DNA of 64,000 bases from Octopus vulgaris (taxonomy: Eukaryota): assembly GCA_951406725.2 (NCBI GenBank), contig OX597823.1, positions 24,118,001 to 24,182,000 on the forward strand, in the 5' to 3' direction. Under the pieces are notes generated by a model. It ran no database searches. It worked only from the letters and a program-made list of their open reading frames with translations, and was not told the DNA's origin. Each line of letters begins with the position of its first letter. Within the stretch, counting starts at the first letter, position 1. Below are positions 26,957-41,669 of the stretch, one piece after another. Made by a program: the position numbers and the translations under genes.

Positions 26957-27100
26957 TTTATAATAAATTGTCCATTTACATAATTATGTGTGAAAATGTT
27001 TTACAATATCTAATATATGAGTGGTGTCTGCATGGATGTGTATGTGTGTGTTTGGTAGTTGGATAAATATAAAATGTATTTCTTTTCTATTTTTGGTCAG

Positions 27101-27325
27101 ATGATGGGAAACCTATTAAATTTATAAAAGTTACATTACGAAAAAGAGATATTTTTGGACGGCTTAAGAATAAGAACTTAAAGGAGTGTGATCAAGCTTG
27201 CCATGACTATCCAGGATGTATTACTTATGAATACCATGCGAAAGATAAGTTCTGTGACCTGAGTAATGAGACTCATTATCTTATACCCAATGGTGTAGGT
27301 TGGGAAACGTACCTCATAAATAAAG
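27101..27325 (+). CDS. Exon B2, PAN/apple-like type B (absent from ORF track)
   Basis: ggtcag|AT...AAAG|gtcagt; 225 nt; DGKPIKFIKVTLRKRDIFGRLKNKNLKECDQACHDYPGCITYEYHAKDKFCDLSNETHYLIPNGVGWETYLINK. Confidence 0.87.
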
Positions 27326-27464
27326 GTCAGTAGTATTTCCATGTTATTTATAGCATACATTTGTGTATACTTATATACTCATATAAGTATATATGTATAT
27401 AATGTATCATATCTATCTATTTTCTCTCTCTCTCTTTCTCTCTGCATATACAAATATAAATATA

Positions 27465-27504
<40 letters not shown>

Positions 27505-27511
27505 CCTATAT

Positions 27512-28165
27512 ATCATCATCATCATCATCATTTAACATCTGTTTTCCATGCTGGCATGGGTTGGAAGGTTTGACTGGGGAATGGTAAGCCAGGAGGCTGC
27601 ACAGGGCTCCAATCTGACCTGTCACTGTTTCTACAGCTGGGTGCCCTTCCAAATGCCAACCACTCCGAGAGTGTAGTGGGTGCTTTTTACGTGCCACTGA
27701 CATGGGAGCCAGTCTGGCAGCACTGGCATTTGCCACATTTGGATGGTACTTTTTACATGCTACCGGCACAGAAGGCAGTCAGAGCAGGGGTTGCTGGCAT
27801 TGACCACACTTGGATGGTACTTTTTACATGCCACTGGCTTGGGGAGCCAGTCAGGCAGCACTGGTAATGACCGACACATGAATGGTGCTTATTGCAAGCC
27901 ACCAGCATGAGAGCCAGTCAGTGATTGTGATTTTGATTTACCTGACTCAATTGGTCTCCTTAAGCACGGCATGTTGCCCAGTGATTCAAAGGTACTTTTT
28001 AAATAGGCTGGTTATGTGACACTGGTGTAGCTATGACTGTGATCTCACTTTCTTTGCCGGGTCTTCTCAATCACAGTATATCTCCAGAGGTCTTGGTCTT
28101 TTGTCATTGCTTCTGTGAGGCCCAACATTCGGAGGTCATGCTTCACCTTCTCATTCCATGTCTTC
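27512..28165 (-). mobile_element. 5'-truncated copy of the same RTE LINE (C-terminal coding end, 3'UTR, tail)
   Basis: 28055-28165 is the reverse complement of 2816-2925; (ATC)n at 27512-27530. Confidence 0.85.
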
Positions 28166-28179
28166 TATATATATAAGAA

Positions 28180-29383
28180 GTTGATTTGGAGAAGGTGTTT
28201 GATAGTATTCCAAGGAAGGTGACTGAGTAGGCATTGGCAAAGAGAGGTGTACTAGAGGTAATAGTGAGGGCAGTGATGAATTTGTATGAGGGAGTAAAGA
28301 GAAGAGTCAGAATTGGATCAGAGCTGTTGGAGGAGTTTGCAGTGAAAGTTGTTGTGCATCAGGGATCTGTTTGTGGTGACAGAGAATGCAAGAGAGGGAT
28401 TGATAATGGGGATACTGTATGCAAATGACCTTGTTCTGATGAATAAGATGATGGAGGGATTGAGGGAGAAGTTTTGGAAATGGAAGGAGGTGTTTGAAAG
28501 CAAGCATTTGAAGGTAAACCTCGAGAAGATAAAGGTGATGGTGAGCAGAGTGGAAGAAGTGTTAGTAAGGTGGATCCATGTGGTGTATGTGGGAGGAGGG
28601 TAATGGCAAATGCAGTGTTGTGTACGAGATGTGAGAAATGGATTCATGGTAGATGTACAAAAATGAAGAAGGTGACCCCCAAGACTGGTGAGAGAGTTTG
28701 TTTGTGGAAGATGTAAGAAAGGAGCTGGAGGGCTGCCAAAACTAGTGAAAATGCTATGTGATGAGGTGGAAATGGTGAGAGGGTTTTGTTACTTGGGAGA
28801 TAGGGTGGATGTAAGTGGTAGATGTGAAGCAGCTGTGACAGCAAGAGCGAAACTTGACTGGGTGAAATTCAAGGAATGTGGAGCAATGTTATATGGGAAA
28901 AGGTCCTCATTATAGATGAATGGAAGGGTATATAAGAGTTGTGTGTGAGCTGCAATGTTGTATGGGAGTGAGACATGGTATCTGAGAGAGAGAGAGAGAG
29001 AGAGATGGTAATTTTGAGAAGGATTGGGAGAGCAATGGTGAGAGAAATATGTGGGATGGGGATTTGATGATAATGCTGGGGTTGGAGGAATCAGTAGAAT
29101 GGTTGGCAAGAGTGAATGGAATGAGGTGGTTTGGGCATGTGTTGATGAGGGATGGAGAGCATGTTCTGAGGAGGGTGATTGCATTTGAGGTAAATAGAAC
29201 ACAAAAGCAAGGTAGACTGAGGAAAAGGTGGAGGAGATTGGAAGGATTGGTTTGAGAAAAGAGGATGCCCAAAACCGGGCAAGATAGTGTGTGTGGGTGG
29301 TTGCTATGGCATTGAGGTAGATCCGGCCATCTCTGTTAATGGAGACAAAACCCAGATTTAAAGCATTGAATGATGATGATAAT
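28180..29383 (+). mobile_element. Diverged RTE-clade LINE fragment
   Basis: VDLEKVFDSIPRKV, VVHQGSV, ILYANDLVL, FCYLGD, RWFGHVL; ends GATGATGAT. Confidence 0.8.
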
Positions 29384-31009
29384 GACTTAATAGCCCTACT
29401 GGATGAAATAATTGCAAGGTGATAACTAAAGTTATCTGAGACATGGACTTTTTCATCTTGATAAGTATATATTTTGTCTAACAAAATTACTGTATTTTCT
29501 GAGGTATTTTCAAACATATTCAAAAATCCAGATGATTGGAATGCTTCGAGATTCACTGCAGTCCTAAAAGATTTTCAATTAAAATTTTTTTGTGGTTTTT
29601 AAAACCATATTGAGTGACTCAGAGATTCTGTTTTTGATTCTTTAAAGAAGTTTGCTTGATGTTTCAAGGTGTATTTATGAGGTTGAGAACTTCAAAAAAC
29701 AATAGGTTGATATTGTCATGGTAGATGTATTTGTTGTATTCATTGTGGTGTGAGATTAGGCTTGCTGCGTATATTACAAACAGAAGCAAAACTCTTGAAT
29801 ATTTAACATCAGATTTAAGGGAAGGATGAACCTGAATACATACATAAATCAGCAAATCGTCATTGGTAGAGAGACTAGGAATTAGGGATCGACTTAACTG
29901 TGATTGCTCAGCCATTAGTTATCTTCAAGATGCAAGACTTCCAAATCTTGTTGAAACTTTGTCCTTGATATGCTAGGTGAGAGCCGAGTTATGTTTTCTT
30001 CAGATGCCATGAGGGATCAGGTTGATACTTAACACCAAACTGCCTAAATGAAGAAAAGGTGTGAACCCAAGGAAACTTGAGATGATGTTCTACCTGGAAG
30101 TGTACTCTCCTGCAAACTGGTTGGTTAAACAAAAGTGGTGTCCATCTGAAGATTGCATGTCCCAACTGTGGTTCACTTATGAGAGTGAACTGATAATTTA
30201 GTGAAATGGGTTCAAATCCTAGGGCTCACTGCAATATCAAGAACAGCAAGTTTGAAGAATTTTACCACCAGGTTTTGGATGGTGTTGCTGAACTATCAGA
30301 GAAGTGTGGTTAATGTCAAACATCCAAGAAGTCACAGACATAATATTGGTGCTTGAAGTAAATCAGTTTCTGGCCAAAGTAATAAAATTTTCGTCTGATT
30401 CTAACCATACCTGCCACATCTGCTTCCTGAGAGAAATTGCTTTCTTCATTAAAGTGAGTAAATAATTACATGAGGTGTTCTCAAAGTGAAGAAGAGAGAT
30501 TAAGTAATTTGGTCTTCATTTCCATGAATAAAAGAACTTTTGAAGAAGATGAAGGTAGAGTGTGGTGCTGATACATTTTATATCAAAGTGATCAATGAAT
30601 CTACCAAAAAATATCAAGAATTGAACTGATTTACAAATAGATTTTAAGGAGCTCATTGTTTGTAGGTTCTATTATTTTCTCAGATTTCTGTCATAAACAA
30701 TAATGGTCATCATGGCAGGCCCATCACTAGAATATTGCTAATGGGGGAAAATCATGTCCAGCAGAGAGGAGTATCAAGCCCAAAGTGTAGCCTGTTGATG
30801 GAAGTACATTTCCTCACATTAAAATTATTTCATGTCACATTCACTGATGGAGTGGGGGGTTGGTTAGGTTTTGGTGAGTGGAAGAGTAAGGCTCCACTTC
30901 CCCAGTTTCTGCCTAGGTATTAGCTTGTATTATAGACTGCACACCCTGATTTCTAAGTTACCTTTTCCACTGGCTCACAACTGATAACAATTTCTCCTTT
31001 CCATTCCAG

Positions 31010-31180
31010 CTTACACAAAAGTTGACTGTGGACCTCCAAAAGACATTGCTGTTGCAACAAAATCCTACAAAACTACTTCCTACAAATCTGAAGTGATCTA
31101 TTCTTGTCCAGGAGGACTTGAATTTAAAGCAGTATGTAATGAATACCGTAAATGGGCTCCAGCAGTGACTGCTTGTAAAG
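31010..31180 (+). CDS. Exon C2, short Sushi/CCP-like (absent from ORF track)
   Basis: ttccag|CT...AAAG|gtaatc; 171 nt; YTKVDCGPPKDIAVATKSYKTTSYKSEVIYSCPGGLEFKAVCNEYRKWAPAVTACK. Confidence 0.88.
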
Positions 31181-33733
31181 GTAATCTAATAGGTTCTTGC
31201 TTTTTGTTTTTTCTCTGTCAAGTTAATTTTGTTTTATTTATGTGTTAAATGTCTTTGTCAGAGGAAGTCTGGCTGAGTTCATAAAAACTTCAATTGTATT
31301 TGTGGTTTGTGGAAGGGAGAGAAAATGCTATCCTCCGACCAGAGACTTTCCCTAATACTTGCAACAGAGTGAACTTCATTAAATCTATCCAAGGGCCAGG
31401 TAATTATATTGATTTGGTTGAAGCACAGGAAGCATGGAAGAACAGGAGCATGTTTTTTTTCCAGCAGGCTTCCACATAGTTCCCATTCACCAAATAAATT
31501 TTATCCACAAGATGTAATTTACAGTTGTAAGGCAAATTTTTAACCTCACAGCCAAAAGACCACCCAATACTCCATTATTAAGTAAACTTATTAACTCCAC
31601 AATTATACCTTGGCTCATCTTTATAGTTTTCCTCTTAATTTCTAACTTGACCATTCTCATACATACTTTATGTCATCATCCAAAATTCTGTGCAATTCAA
31701 TGCATTGAGTCCTTCTTTATTAGAATTCAACAATAACATTGTGTAACAAATTTTCAATTAATTTTTTGTCTTTGGTTTGTAAGCACTATTTCTTATTTGC
31801 TTCTATCTATAAATCAAAAGAAATGACAACTATTCCCTTCAAGCTTTGCTTTTGTGACTGGGATATCAATGTTTTGACACAACTATTTTCCATTACATTT
31901 CATACAGATTCACCACTGAGTTGCTGAAGCAGAAATATTGTTTTAGCAAAATATTCTGCTCCATACCACAGATTTACTCAACATTTGCTTGACCTTAATC
32001 ACTTGAGCATGTCCCTCAGTGGCTGACAATATGTGCATCTCTGATCATGAGCAAAAGTAGTGGGTGAGCATCACAGCCATGTGCTGAAAGGGATTCTTTA
32101 GGGTTTAAATAAACGTAACAAAAGTGAAGTTTGAAGGAGATATTAGCTATTTTTCATACTTTCTAGGGGTAAGCAAACAGGAAGTAACAGTTACTACCCA
32201 AGGACAAAATTTCTGTTACACAGTGTAATGTGAAACACACTTCTGATGCTCTAAGTATCTTCCATTTCACTCTTCTAAATTATAATAATAAAAATAATAG
32301 TGGTTGTTTCTAATTTGGGGGAAATAAATCAGTTTATGAAAGTAGGGATCTAGTCAATATCATCAATTTCATTACTTGACTGTCAGTTTGTTATTGAACC
32401 CCATAATATTAATAGGCAAAGTTTCCATTAGGTGGAGTTGTGAAGCATTTCTTCGCAAGCAGTAACTAGTATACATTTATACATTTAAAGCAATGATGAG
32501 AATGATGATGCAATCCTTTTGAATGTCTCAGAATCTCTATCTAGAGTCATTTCAAGAACTCCACCATCACTCTGTATTCCAAAGACATGTATGCTCTCCA
32601 ATTATTGTTATCTGATGTATAGGTTTATGCACTATGGGCCTCAAACACTTTCACTATTTTTGCCACTCTCATATCACTTTTAATAATTTTGAGGAGAGTA
32701 TCATCCTCTTCATCCTCACCTTCTTTATAAGAAAAACTTTAAAAATGCAGTTGAAGGATTGACCAAGATGGAAGGTTCCCATTGTCAGACCTTTCAACCT
32801 CATCCACAGCACAGCCTCTTTTGCTATAGCTACTGGACAGAGGAAAACTGCCTTCTCTGATCAATAAAAGGAGGGTATGGAGCAATCCTGTCCCTCACAC
32901 AATAGCAGCAGCTTGACATATCATTACAAGTCAATAATGCCTAGGCACTGAACAAGTACATGTAAAATTGCTTTGTTGCTTAGTGCACTTCTTGGATATC
33001 ACCGTCTGATGGCAGTTTTATGACTGGATTTTTTTCTTGGTTTCAGAGAGCCATTTGATAGCACTGCCAAGAACTCCAGGAAGTCACTCTTAGTATTCCT
33101 TAACCAAAGACCTTTTTGAAACAAACTTGCCACCTCATTCACATCAAAACCCAGGGTATCCCTGAGATTTTTAGTGCTCTTACCTCTCCACTAATTTTCT
33201 ATAGACTGCTAGAATGTAACAACCACCAATTCCATTGCCCAAGTCAGATTTGATTCACTATACTTTGAATTACATTAGATAATCTGGCCTTCCCTTTTTA
33301 TGATAGTGATGTGTGATTGAGAGAAATTTTGCTAATATATCTCATATGTTGGGCTTCCACAGTGATAGTCCACAGTAAATGTTGAACTTAAAATTGCAAA
33401 CTAACAGATCTAATGCAGCTTATCCTCTGGTATAATTTGTTGTCTTGTTCAACACCACCACCACCTTGCTCTTCAAGTGATGGTGTTGATGGTGGTGGAC
33501 AATACTTGGTCCAATGTTAATATATCTATTATAAAATTAAACACTTGCATTGACCCACAGTTGCTCATGCTCAGCATAGACCACATATATTGCACAAGTG
33601 TAAATAGGAGGATAGCCTAAGAATTTCATAACATAACTGCTTCTGAATGGCCAAATTATTAATAAATAAAAATAGCCCCACATTTTAATAAGTTATATAT
33701 TCATTATTTAGGCACAAGAGCAAGCATAATTAA

Positions 33734-33941
33734 CCCAGCTGAAACTGCTTCAGGCTCTATAGTACAAATGTCTTATTTTCATAAGTTCTGAATTAAAATC
33801 TTCCATCAATACCTTAGTCACAATTTATGTTCATAACACTAACTTAATGATAACTAAGTTATTCTACTAAATTCTTTGTTATATGTAAAATTACTTAATA
33901 GAAACACAGAGCATCTCAACAGAAATATAGTAACAAAAGGG
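33734..33941. mobile_element. TTAA-flanked (piggyBac-type) non-autonomous element
   Basis: TTAA|CCC...GGG|TTAA; absent at the paralogous intron sites ~5080 and ~48470. Confidence 0.65.
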
Positions 33942-34769
33942 TTAAAGAAGCAATGACATTTTGCAATGTTCATGTCTTTCTCAAGGGCAGTACCTGTTTA
34001 TATAAAGTGAACTAAGACTGAGAATCAAACCCAAATCATTGAATCACACCACTTTGTCCACATTTGTACTAATAGAAAAACTGGAAAAGAACAGCCAGGG
34101 TCACTTCCTGCATGGAAAACAAATAGGAAAATGACTTCTTTTTTAACCAAGTTGTTAGCACTAATTAAAATTACACCCTCAATGGCTGGTGAAATCATTA
34201 TGTTAATGATATGTTCTAGTTGTTTAATTCAGAAGACACATCCCTATGAAGATAAAAGAGATGGATTTTAGTTCTTGCCATGAGTAGCCATATTTTTTCA
34301 CATGCTTTTACATTCAGGATTCAAATCCTATCTGGGTGTACTTTATCCTTCATACTTCTGTGATTGATTAAACAACCACTATTCAGGTACTGAGGCCAAT
34401 TTATTTTCATGTAACCCTGCTGCAGAATATGTAGCCTTGTGTTTACATTAGAAGCCATTATCATAAATATTGGTAACATCAACAATAATTATGATTATTT
34501 TTGTTGTTAATGGTGATGGCTTGGGTGAATCAACAGAGAATCAGACAAAATTTGTTGTGGTATTTGTTCTAGCTCTTTAACTTCTTTGTTAAAATTTGGC
34601 TTTTGTGAACTTTGGCTTTCCAGGGACAGTAAAATAAAACACCATCAAGTGTAGAGGCCAATTTAATTGGCCACTTCTGATCTCAAAGATTTGACCTACA
34701 GTCTATGTCAGAAATTATTATTTTTAATGTTGTTATTTTTCATTGGTCTAAATTTTACTTTAATTCCAG

Positions 34770-35009
34770 TTGCTGAGACCCATTTTGTGAAAGTAAAACA
34801 TGCAGCTCTAGATGTACCCAAGAAAGCATTATGGAATAAGAAAAATGTAACAGTAGAAGGTTGTGCAGAAAATTGTGTGTCTGACGAAACTTGTTTATCA
34901 TTTGAATTAATTAAAAAAAGTGGGAAATGTTTCTTATCAAAGGAAAGTGCAGCTGCCTCTAGGAAAATTAAAGTAGACAATAGCAGAGATTATTATCAAC
35001 TAATAAATC
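34770..35009 (+). CDS. Exon A3, PAN/apple-like type A
   Basis: ttccag|TT...AATC|gtaatt; 240 nt; AETHFVKVKHAALDVPKKALWNKKNVTVEGCAENCVSDETCLSFELIKKSGKCFLSKESAAASRKIKVDNSRDYYQLIN. Confidence 0.89.
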
Positions 35010-35283
35010 GTAATTATTCTTTGTGCTTTATTCTTGAAATTCTCTTTTCCGGTTTTTTTTTTTTCCTGAAATTTGTGATTTCATTTGTACTTCATAGTAT
35101 ACAGATAACCATTTCTGTAAAGACATTGACAGGTTAACTTTAAGGAGAGACAAACACCTGCTCCTGAGAAAAAACTAATATTAAGAATTGTAAATACTGT
35201 TAGAACATTCTCATACCACATTTGTGCACTTGGAAAAATTTTTGTATTTTTATATATGGAAACTGGCTTTTCTTAAACCTGTA

Positions 35284-35315
<32 letters not shown>

Positions 35316-36639
35316 ACTTATATATAGCACGTTAGCATGGCTTTTTCACAGTATCTTGCCCTTTGTTGCTCTCCTCCATAATCTGGGACACAAAATAACA
35401 GAAAAAAGTAATGCTAATCTATTTAGTTGTGTATCTCTTAAATTTTGACATCGTTATTATGGCTGGATGCCCTTCTTATTCACCTATCATTGTACCATTA
35501 TACCACATGAAGAGTATATTCTTCCATACCACTAGAATTAGAGATAATTCTCTGCTGGGATGAAAAGAAAACAGCTAGCATATTTTGATCTCAAGTTCAT
35601 TTAGAGCTCAGGTTTAAACAGATATAATTGCCAAACAGTTTCAAGTATTATGAATAGACATGTCATCAACAGATTTAAGGTTAAATTATCGAGATTCTAC
35701 AAGAAGTTTGATATTTATATAAGGATTATTACCAATATAACTACATTCAACTAACTGAACATTGCTTTAAGCTTTAAGTCAGGTATCACACAAAGTATAC
35801 TCTCACAAAATGCCTAATAAAGAGAACAGACACTTTCACAGGAATTTCAAAACCTATTCTCATACTATAATATGAAACTTAATAGTTGGCATTACTCAAA
35901 GAATCTCCAGTTAATGTCAAAATAAGATATTTTAAACTATCTCCCTACCCCTAAAAATAACTGTTCTTCTACCAAAATTTGAAGCAATTATCATTACTGA
36001 AGTTGTGAACATCTTTTTGAAATTCCATAAGTTTGTGTATTGTCTTTCTTTCCATTGAGTTGTATTTGTTAATTTTATTGCTTTATTTGGATGTAAGGGA
36101 AATGTTGATTCCCTTTTGTTAATTGTCCCACAAGGGTAATTTTGAAAAAGGTATATTTGAAGATGAAACAGTTGTTCACTCTCAGCACCTACCACAGCAT
36201 CAGAGCAGTTGTAATGACCAGTAACAGTAGCATCGGTAACAATAACAATAAGAACAGTAACAACAACAACAGTACCAACAACCATCAACAATGTGATACA
36301 TCATAGAGAGTGGGATATGCAAGCTTATGTGGGTTGGGCCCTGATTAATTAATACCAGTTCAAAGTTTCTGATAGTGTTGAAAATAGTACTTGGCTGCTG
36401 TTGTCACAACAACTGGCTTTAATCTTTTTTTTCTGTAGTTGCATCACCAACAGCAATAGTTATGGTAAATGGCCACCTGTTGGAACCACTCAGCATCATA
36501 AAGTCAGTCTGCCAAAGTTGTCCTTTCACAGCTCTTTTGTATGATCCAGAGGAGAGTGGACAGCAGACTGCTGTCAGAGGTCTCACAGGGTCTCTTTCCA
36601 CACATTATAAGCTTTGATACTTGGTTGTTAATTGTCACG

Positions 36640-37690
36640 GGAGACATTCAACATCCAAGTACCAAACTCAAAATCCTAGCTGTCCCCAGCAAATCAGTTT
36701 TTTGGGGCTTGCTCTGCTCTTATGTCAATTCCAGTTTCTCTGACATATTTCTTGAACTTGGTTGTTAGTGCTCTGAGTGCCTCTACAACTGTTGGAATGA
36801 CAGACAATCTCCTCATAGTCCACATTCTTGCAATTTTGTCTTTTAGTAGTCTGTACTTTTCAGTCCTTTCTAGTTATTTGTCACTTATTCATGCATCTCC
36901 AGGTATTGCAATATCTATGATCTTGGTTTCCTTTTTTTCCTTTACCTACTGCTACAATATATGGTCTGAGCCTTGTTTAGGGAGTCACATTGGATTGTAA
37001 AATCCCACAGTATCTTATGTTCGTTATTCTCAGTGACTCCTTCTGGTTCATGTTTATACCATTTCTGTGCTTTATTCAGACCATACTTTTCACATAGCCT
37101 CCAGTAGAACAAATTTGACCATGTAATCATGCCTCCTTTTGTAGTGCTTTTGGGCCAGCTTGCTACACTCACTCACAATGTGAGATTGTTTCGTTTCTGC
37201 TGCCAGGTCTTCAATTTCCCTATCTGAAAAGTGACCTTGGCACATTTATCAAGACCAAATTCCATCCCAATGTCATCACTGAATGTTTTCACAGTATGTA
37301 GTAGTCCTTCAAGCTTATTATCATCTTTGCCATAGAGTTTAAAGTCATCCATATAAAATAGATATCTTATTTTCTTGTTGCCAATTTCATATTTATATCC
37401 TGTTCTGTTAAACTCCCTTGTAGGGCTATGCAAAAAATTAAAGGTGAAAGTGAGTTACCTTGGAAAATGCTGTAGTTGATATTAATATTTATTTTTTGTG
37501 GTCATTACTCCATTAGAGTGGTATAATTTGAGGTTTGTATTCCATACTGACATGTTGTACTTCAGGAAGTTTAAAATCACAGGAGAAATTTTGAAGATAT
37601 CCAGCAATTTCAAGATCCATGAATGCAGTATGCTCTCAAAGGCCATTTTATAATCAATCCATGTGGAACTTCGATTTCTGCATTTTTTAT
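36640..37690 (-). mobile_element. Internally deleted R4/Dong-like LINE
   Basis: WIDYKMAFESILHSWI, LFYMDDFKLYG...IGMEFGLDKCA, WYKHEPEGVTEN..KILWDF. Confidence 0.8.
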
Positions 37691-38065
37691 GACTGTTCTC
37701 AAAGATCATGCAAGGATCACTCAAATGGTCCTTGAATAAGAATTGTTTAAGGATGTTGAATAAAATACCCATGTTTCCAGATGTGAATTATTCAAACTCC
37801 AAAGAATTCCTCTCAACACATGGCTATCATGCTCCCCCACTACTTCTGCTCATGATCAGAGATGCACATATCATCAGCCACCAAGGGGCATGCTCAACTG
37901 GTTACGGTCAAACAACTGAGAAGCAAATCTGTAGTATTGAACAGAATATTTGCTGTAGCCCATCTTTTATACCAAGACAAAACAATGTGTATGATAACAC
38001 TTCCAATCAGTTAAGATCAGAAGCCATGAGAGCCACTGCCTGGTACTTCATCAGTGCATTTACTA

Positions 38066-39700
38066 CATTATTATTATTTTTTTTTTTTGGTAGTCTTATT
38101 TTTAATACATCGTTTCACTGCTCTACTGAGTGCAACTCTGTGTGCCTTGAGATGGGCTGTGGTTTGTTGTGGTGTGCTTATTTTCACTGTATTGCAAATG
38201 CTATATGTAGGTTGTGTGCAGTGCCTAGTAGTGTTGTTTTCTGTATGTTATAATCATCATAAGTCCTAGTATTTTTGTTATATATTTGTCTGAATGTTTT
38301 TTAATCATAGCTGATGCACCTATTATTACAGGGATTGTTTCTCTTTTAAGGTTCCACTTTGAGTTACCTCTACTTCTTCCAGATCTTTGTATTTTGAGAG
38401 TTTCTCCATTTCTTTTAGAGATACATTGTCATCTGTTGGTACTGATACATCGATTAGAAGGCATATCTTTTTCTTGGTGATCTCTATATCTGGTCTATTA
38501 TCCTTGATTTCTCTATCTGTTTGTATTGGCATATCCCAGAGTCTGGTTCCTTTACCATGTTCTGAGACCTTTTCTGGGGTGTACCTATACCATCTTTTTT
38601 CTGTTGCCATTCCACAGTGTTGGCATAGCTTCCAGTGTATATATGTCTCAACTCTGTCATGTTTGTGGATCTATTCCTTCTTAGCCAGGAGTGGGCAACC
38701 AGACACAATATGATTTATCGTTTTTCATATCACCACATATTCTGCAGCTACTTGTATTTCTCTTCATTATGTGTTTCTGGTAATTTCTGGTGGGGAAGCT
38801 TTGATATTGTGCTGCTAATAAAAACCCTTCAATCACTGCTTTGAGTCCTGAGCTTCTCAACCATTGTTGGGATTTTGCTTTGTGTATTATTTTTTCTGTT
38901 TAGCATATCCCTATATTTGCCATGTAAGGACTTTTCTTGCCATTATTTTATCATGATAATTTGTTGTTCAAGTTTTAGTTTGGATTTCAGTTGTTTTACA
39001 GCTTTTGTTGCTTCTTCTTTCTCTTCATAGTTATTAGCTGCTATGACTTCTCTTTCGTATTTGTCAGCTTCCTTAAAGACAGAAAATAGTTTTTTGTTTT
39101 GCTCATGTTTTGTAACTGTTTATACCACTTTTCCTTGCTTCTGAGTTAGGTATTTCTGTAATCTTATGGTGGTTCTTTTGTAATGGTTTTCTAGATGTAT
39201 AAGGCCTCCACTACCTTTGATAAGTTGTGTATATAAACTTTCTGTGTCAGATTTTAGGTTTGGGTGGTGCATCCTAAATTGTCATTATTTTTCTTGTTTT
39301 CCTCTCTATTTTGATTAGTTCATTTAGAGTCCAGTTAAGAATATTGTAGCGATAACTTATAACTAGGATGCCTAGAGTGTTGATACTTATTATTTTGTTT
39401 TTCCCATAGAACTCAGCTTTAATTATTAATCTCAGCTATAGTATTCCTGTCTTATTTTCTCTTTCATTCGTGTGTTGTACCATATCTAGTTCATTGATTC
39501 CTATATATCTGTATGTCTGGCTTTCGTATAATTTTCTTATTTCATTTGCTTTATCTAGTGTGATACCGTTACTCTTAACTAGTTTTCTTTTTTACAAGGT
39601 GGCTATGGCACATTTTCTTAGCTAAATTTTATGCTTATTTCTTTGATAAATCTATGCACTGCCTGTTGTAATGTTTCCAATTGTTTGTCATTTGCACATT
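38066..39700 (-). mobile_element. R4/Dong-like LINE 3' part, same family as 11005-11899
   Basis: LWDMPIQTDREIKDNRPDI...LIDVSVP..KEMEKLSKYKDL; 3'UTR is the reverse complement of 11770-11870; ends in (TAA)n. Confidence 0.82.
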
Positions 39701-39879
39701 AGCATGCGGGATGAAATGTTAAGCGGTATTTTGCCCATCACTACTTTCTGGGTTCAAATTCTGCCGAAGTTGACTTTATCTCTCATCATTTCGAGGTTGA
39801 TAAAATAAGTACCAGTGAAACACTGGGATTGATATAATCGACCAAAATTTCAGTCCTTGTGCTTTTAGTAGAAAGGATT

Positions 39880-39898
39880 ATTGTTGTTGTTGTTGTTA

Positions 39899-39943
<45 letters not shown>

Positions 39944-40200
39944 TATGTTTGACTTTTGTTTTACATTTGCACAAGCTGGCTCCAAGTCTCACCCAGAGAC
40001 CTCAAGAGACAACAAGTTGGAAGTTCATGTTGGTGCTATGCCTAGGGTGCCATATATTTGGTTTTGTACTTAGTGTTGTACTAGTGAATGCCTAAAAGAC
40101 CATATGAAAATTATGTTTGTTTTAAAACTTGAGATTACATAGAAAGTATTTTGCGTAGGATATGAGCAGTTCCCATGAGTACTATCTTTTGAATTTCTGC

Positions 40201-40258
<58 letters not shown>

Positions 40259-40268
40259 CATTATTATT

Positions 40269-40290
<22 letters not shown>
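39880..40290. repeat. Long (ATT)n microsatellites flanking a ~250-bp R4/Dong-like 3' fragment (- strand)
   Basis: (ATT)n at 39899-39942 and 40201-40308; the intervening reverse strand reads like IQKIVLMGTAHILRK. Confidence 0.75.
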
Positions 40291-40310
<20 letters not shown>

Positions 40311-40517
40311 TCATCTGTGTTTATGTTCTGGGTTTAAAATCTGCCAAGGCTGTTTTTGCCTTTTATTCTTTTGGAATTGATGAAATATGTACCAGTTGAG
40401 CACTGTCGTTGATGTAATTGACATACCTCATTTACCCAAAAAATTCAGGCTTTGTACCATAGTAGAAAGGTTTATTACTAGTTTGCTGCTACTGCTGCTG
40501 CTGCTATAAAAAATACG

Positions 40518-40569
<52 letters not shown>

Positions 40570-41133
40570 TGTTTTAAGGTTAGTTAATTATGTAGATGTA
40601 CCATGTAACCCAAATATGAAATAAAATATTAGAAACCCATCTGGTTCAATATCTTTTCTACATACAATTTCTTATGTAAGCACAATTCATTCACAAAGCC
40701 ATTTTTCAGCATAGTCGTTTTCAAAATTCATGTGAATTCTACTTCATCATGAAACATACTCGGAAGCTTGCCTCATTCTTTAGGTTTTCGATAAATTCTA
40801 TGTACATCTATCTTCTACTGATGTACTTTTCTTTAAAATTAAATGACCTTAAGAACACTTAACACATTGGTCAGCCATCTGTTGAACAGCACTTAGACCA
40901 TTAGAAGAGGTATGTACTCATGGATTACGTGCATCTTAAATGTTGAAACAAAGTTTCAAATGAGTCTGAAGATGTTCTACGCACACTGGAATTCTAAGTT
41001 GTCATTTTGTGGATCAATTATATGTTTATAATATATTGTCTTTTTAAAACAAATTATGCACCAGATGCTATATAATATTTAATGTGTGTTGAGTATAAAA
41101 TTTATTTCTTATTTTCTTTCTTTGTTTTTCTAG

Positions 41134-41367
41134 CCAAAGCTGATCTTTTTACATTTAAAAACATTATCATAATTGAGCCAGATACTTTGGAAACACAGAA
41201 AAATGTGAGCTTGCAGGAGTGTTATAAAACTTGCATTCAAAATCCATTGTGTAACTCTTTTAAGTATAATAAAGAGACAAAGATCTGTTATCATAGTACT
41301 GACAATCACTTGACTCATGACCTTAAACCAAGCAAAGATAATTGGGATACTTACATCATTAACCCAG
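41134..41367 (+). CDS. Exon B3, PAN/apple-like type B
   Basis: ttctag|CC...CCAG|gtcagt; 234 nt; KADLFTFKNIIIIEPDTLETQKNVSLQECYKTCIQNPLCNSFKYNKETKICYHSTDNHLTHDLKPSKDNWDTYIINP. Confidence 0.88.
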
Positions 41368-41435
41368 GTCAGTAGTGTTTTCATTTTAATTATTATGTAT
41401 GTGTATGCATCTACATGTGTGTATAATATATTTAG

Positions 41436-41517
<82 letters not shown>

Positions 41518-41635
41518 CGGGAAGCCTTATGAAAATAGACAAAAGACGAAGGCAGGTGGAAAACAAACAAACAATTGTATTAGTATGGCGCTCAGGAAAT
41601 ATAAATAAAACAAGTCTTTAACGTTTCGAGCCTAC

Positions 41636-41669
<34 letters not shown>

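Noticed and set aside
29600-30800. Possible minus-strand Penelope-like RT relics (also ~53040-54050) and an I/Ingi-like relic at ~24200-24620
   Set aside because: Only faint motif remnants; too degraded to call without a search.
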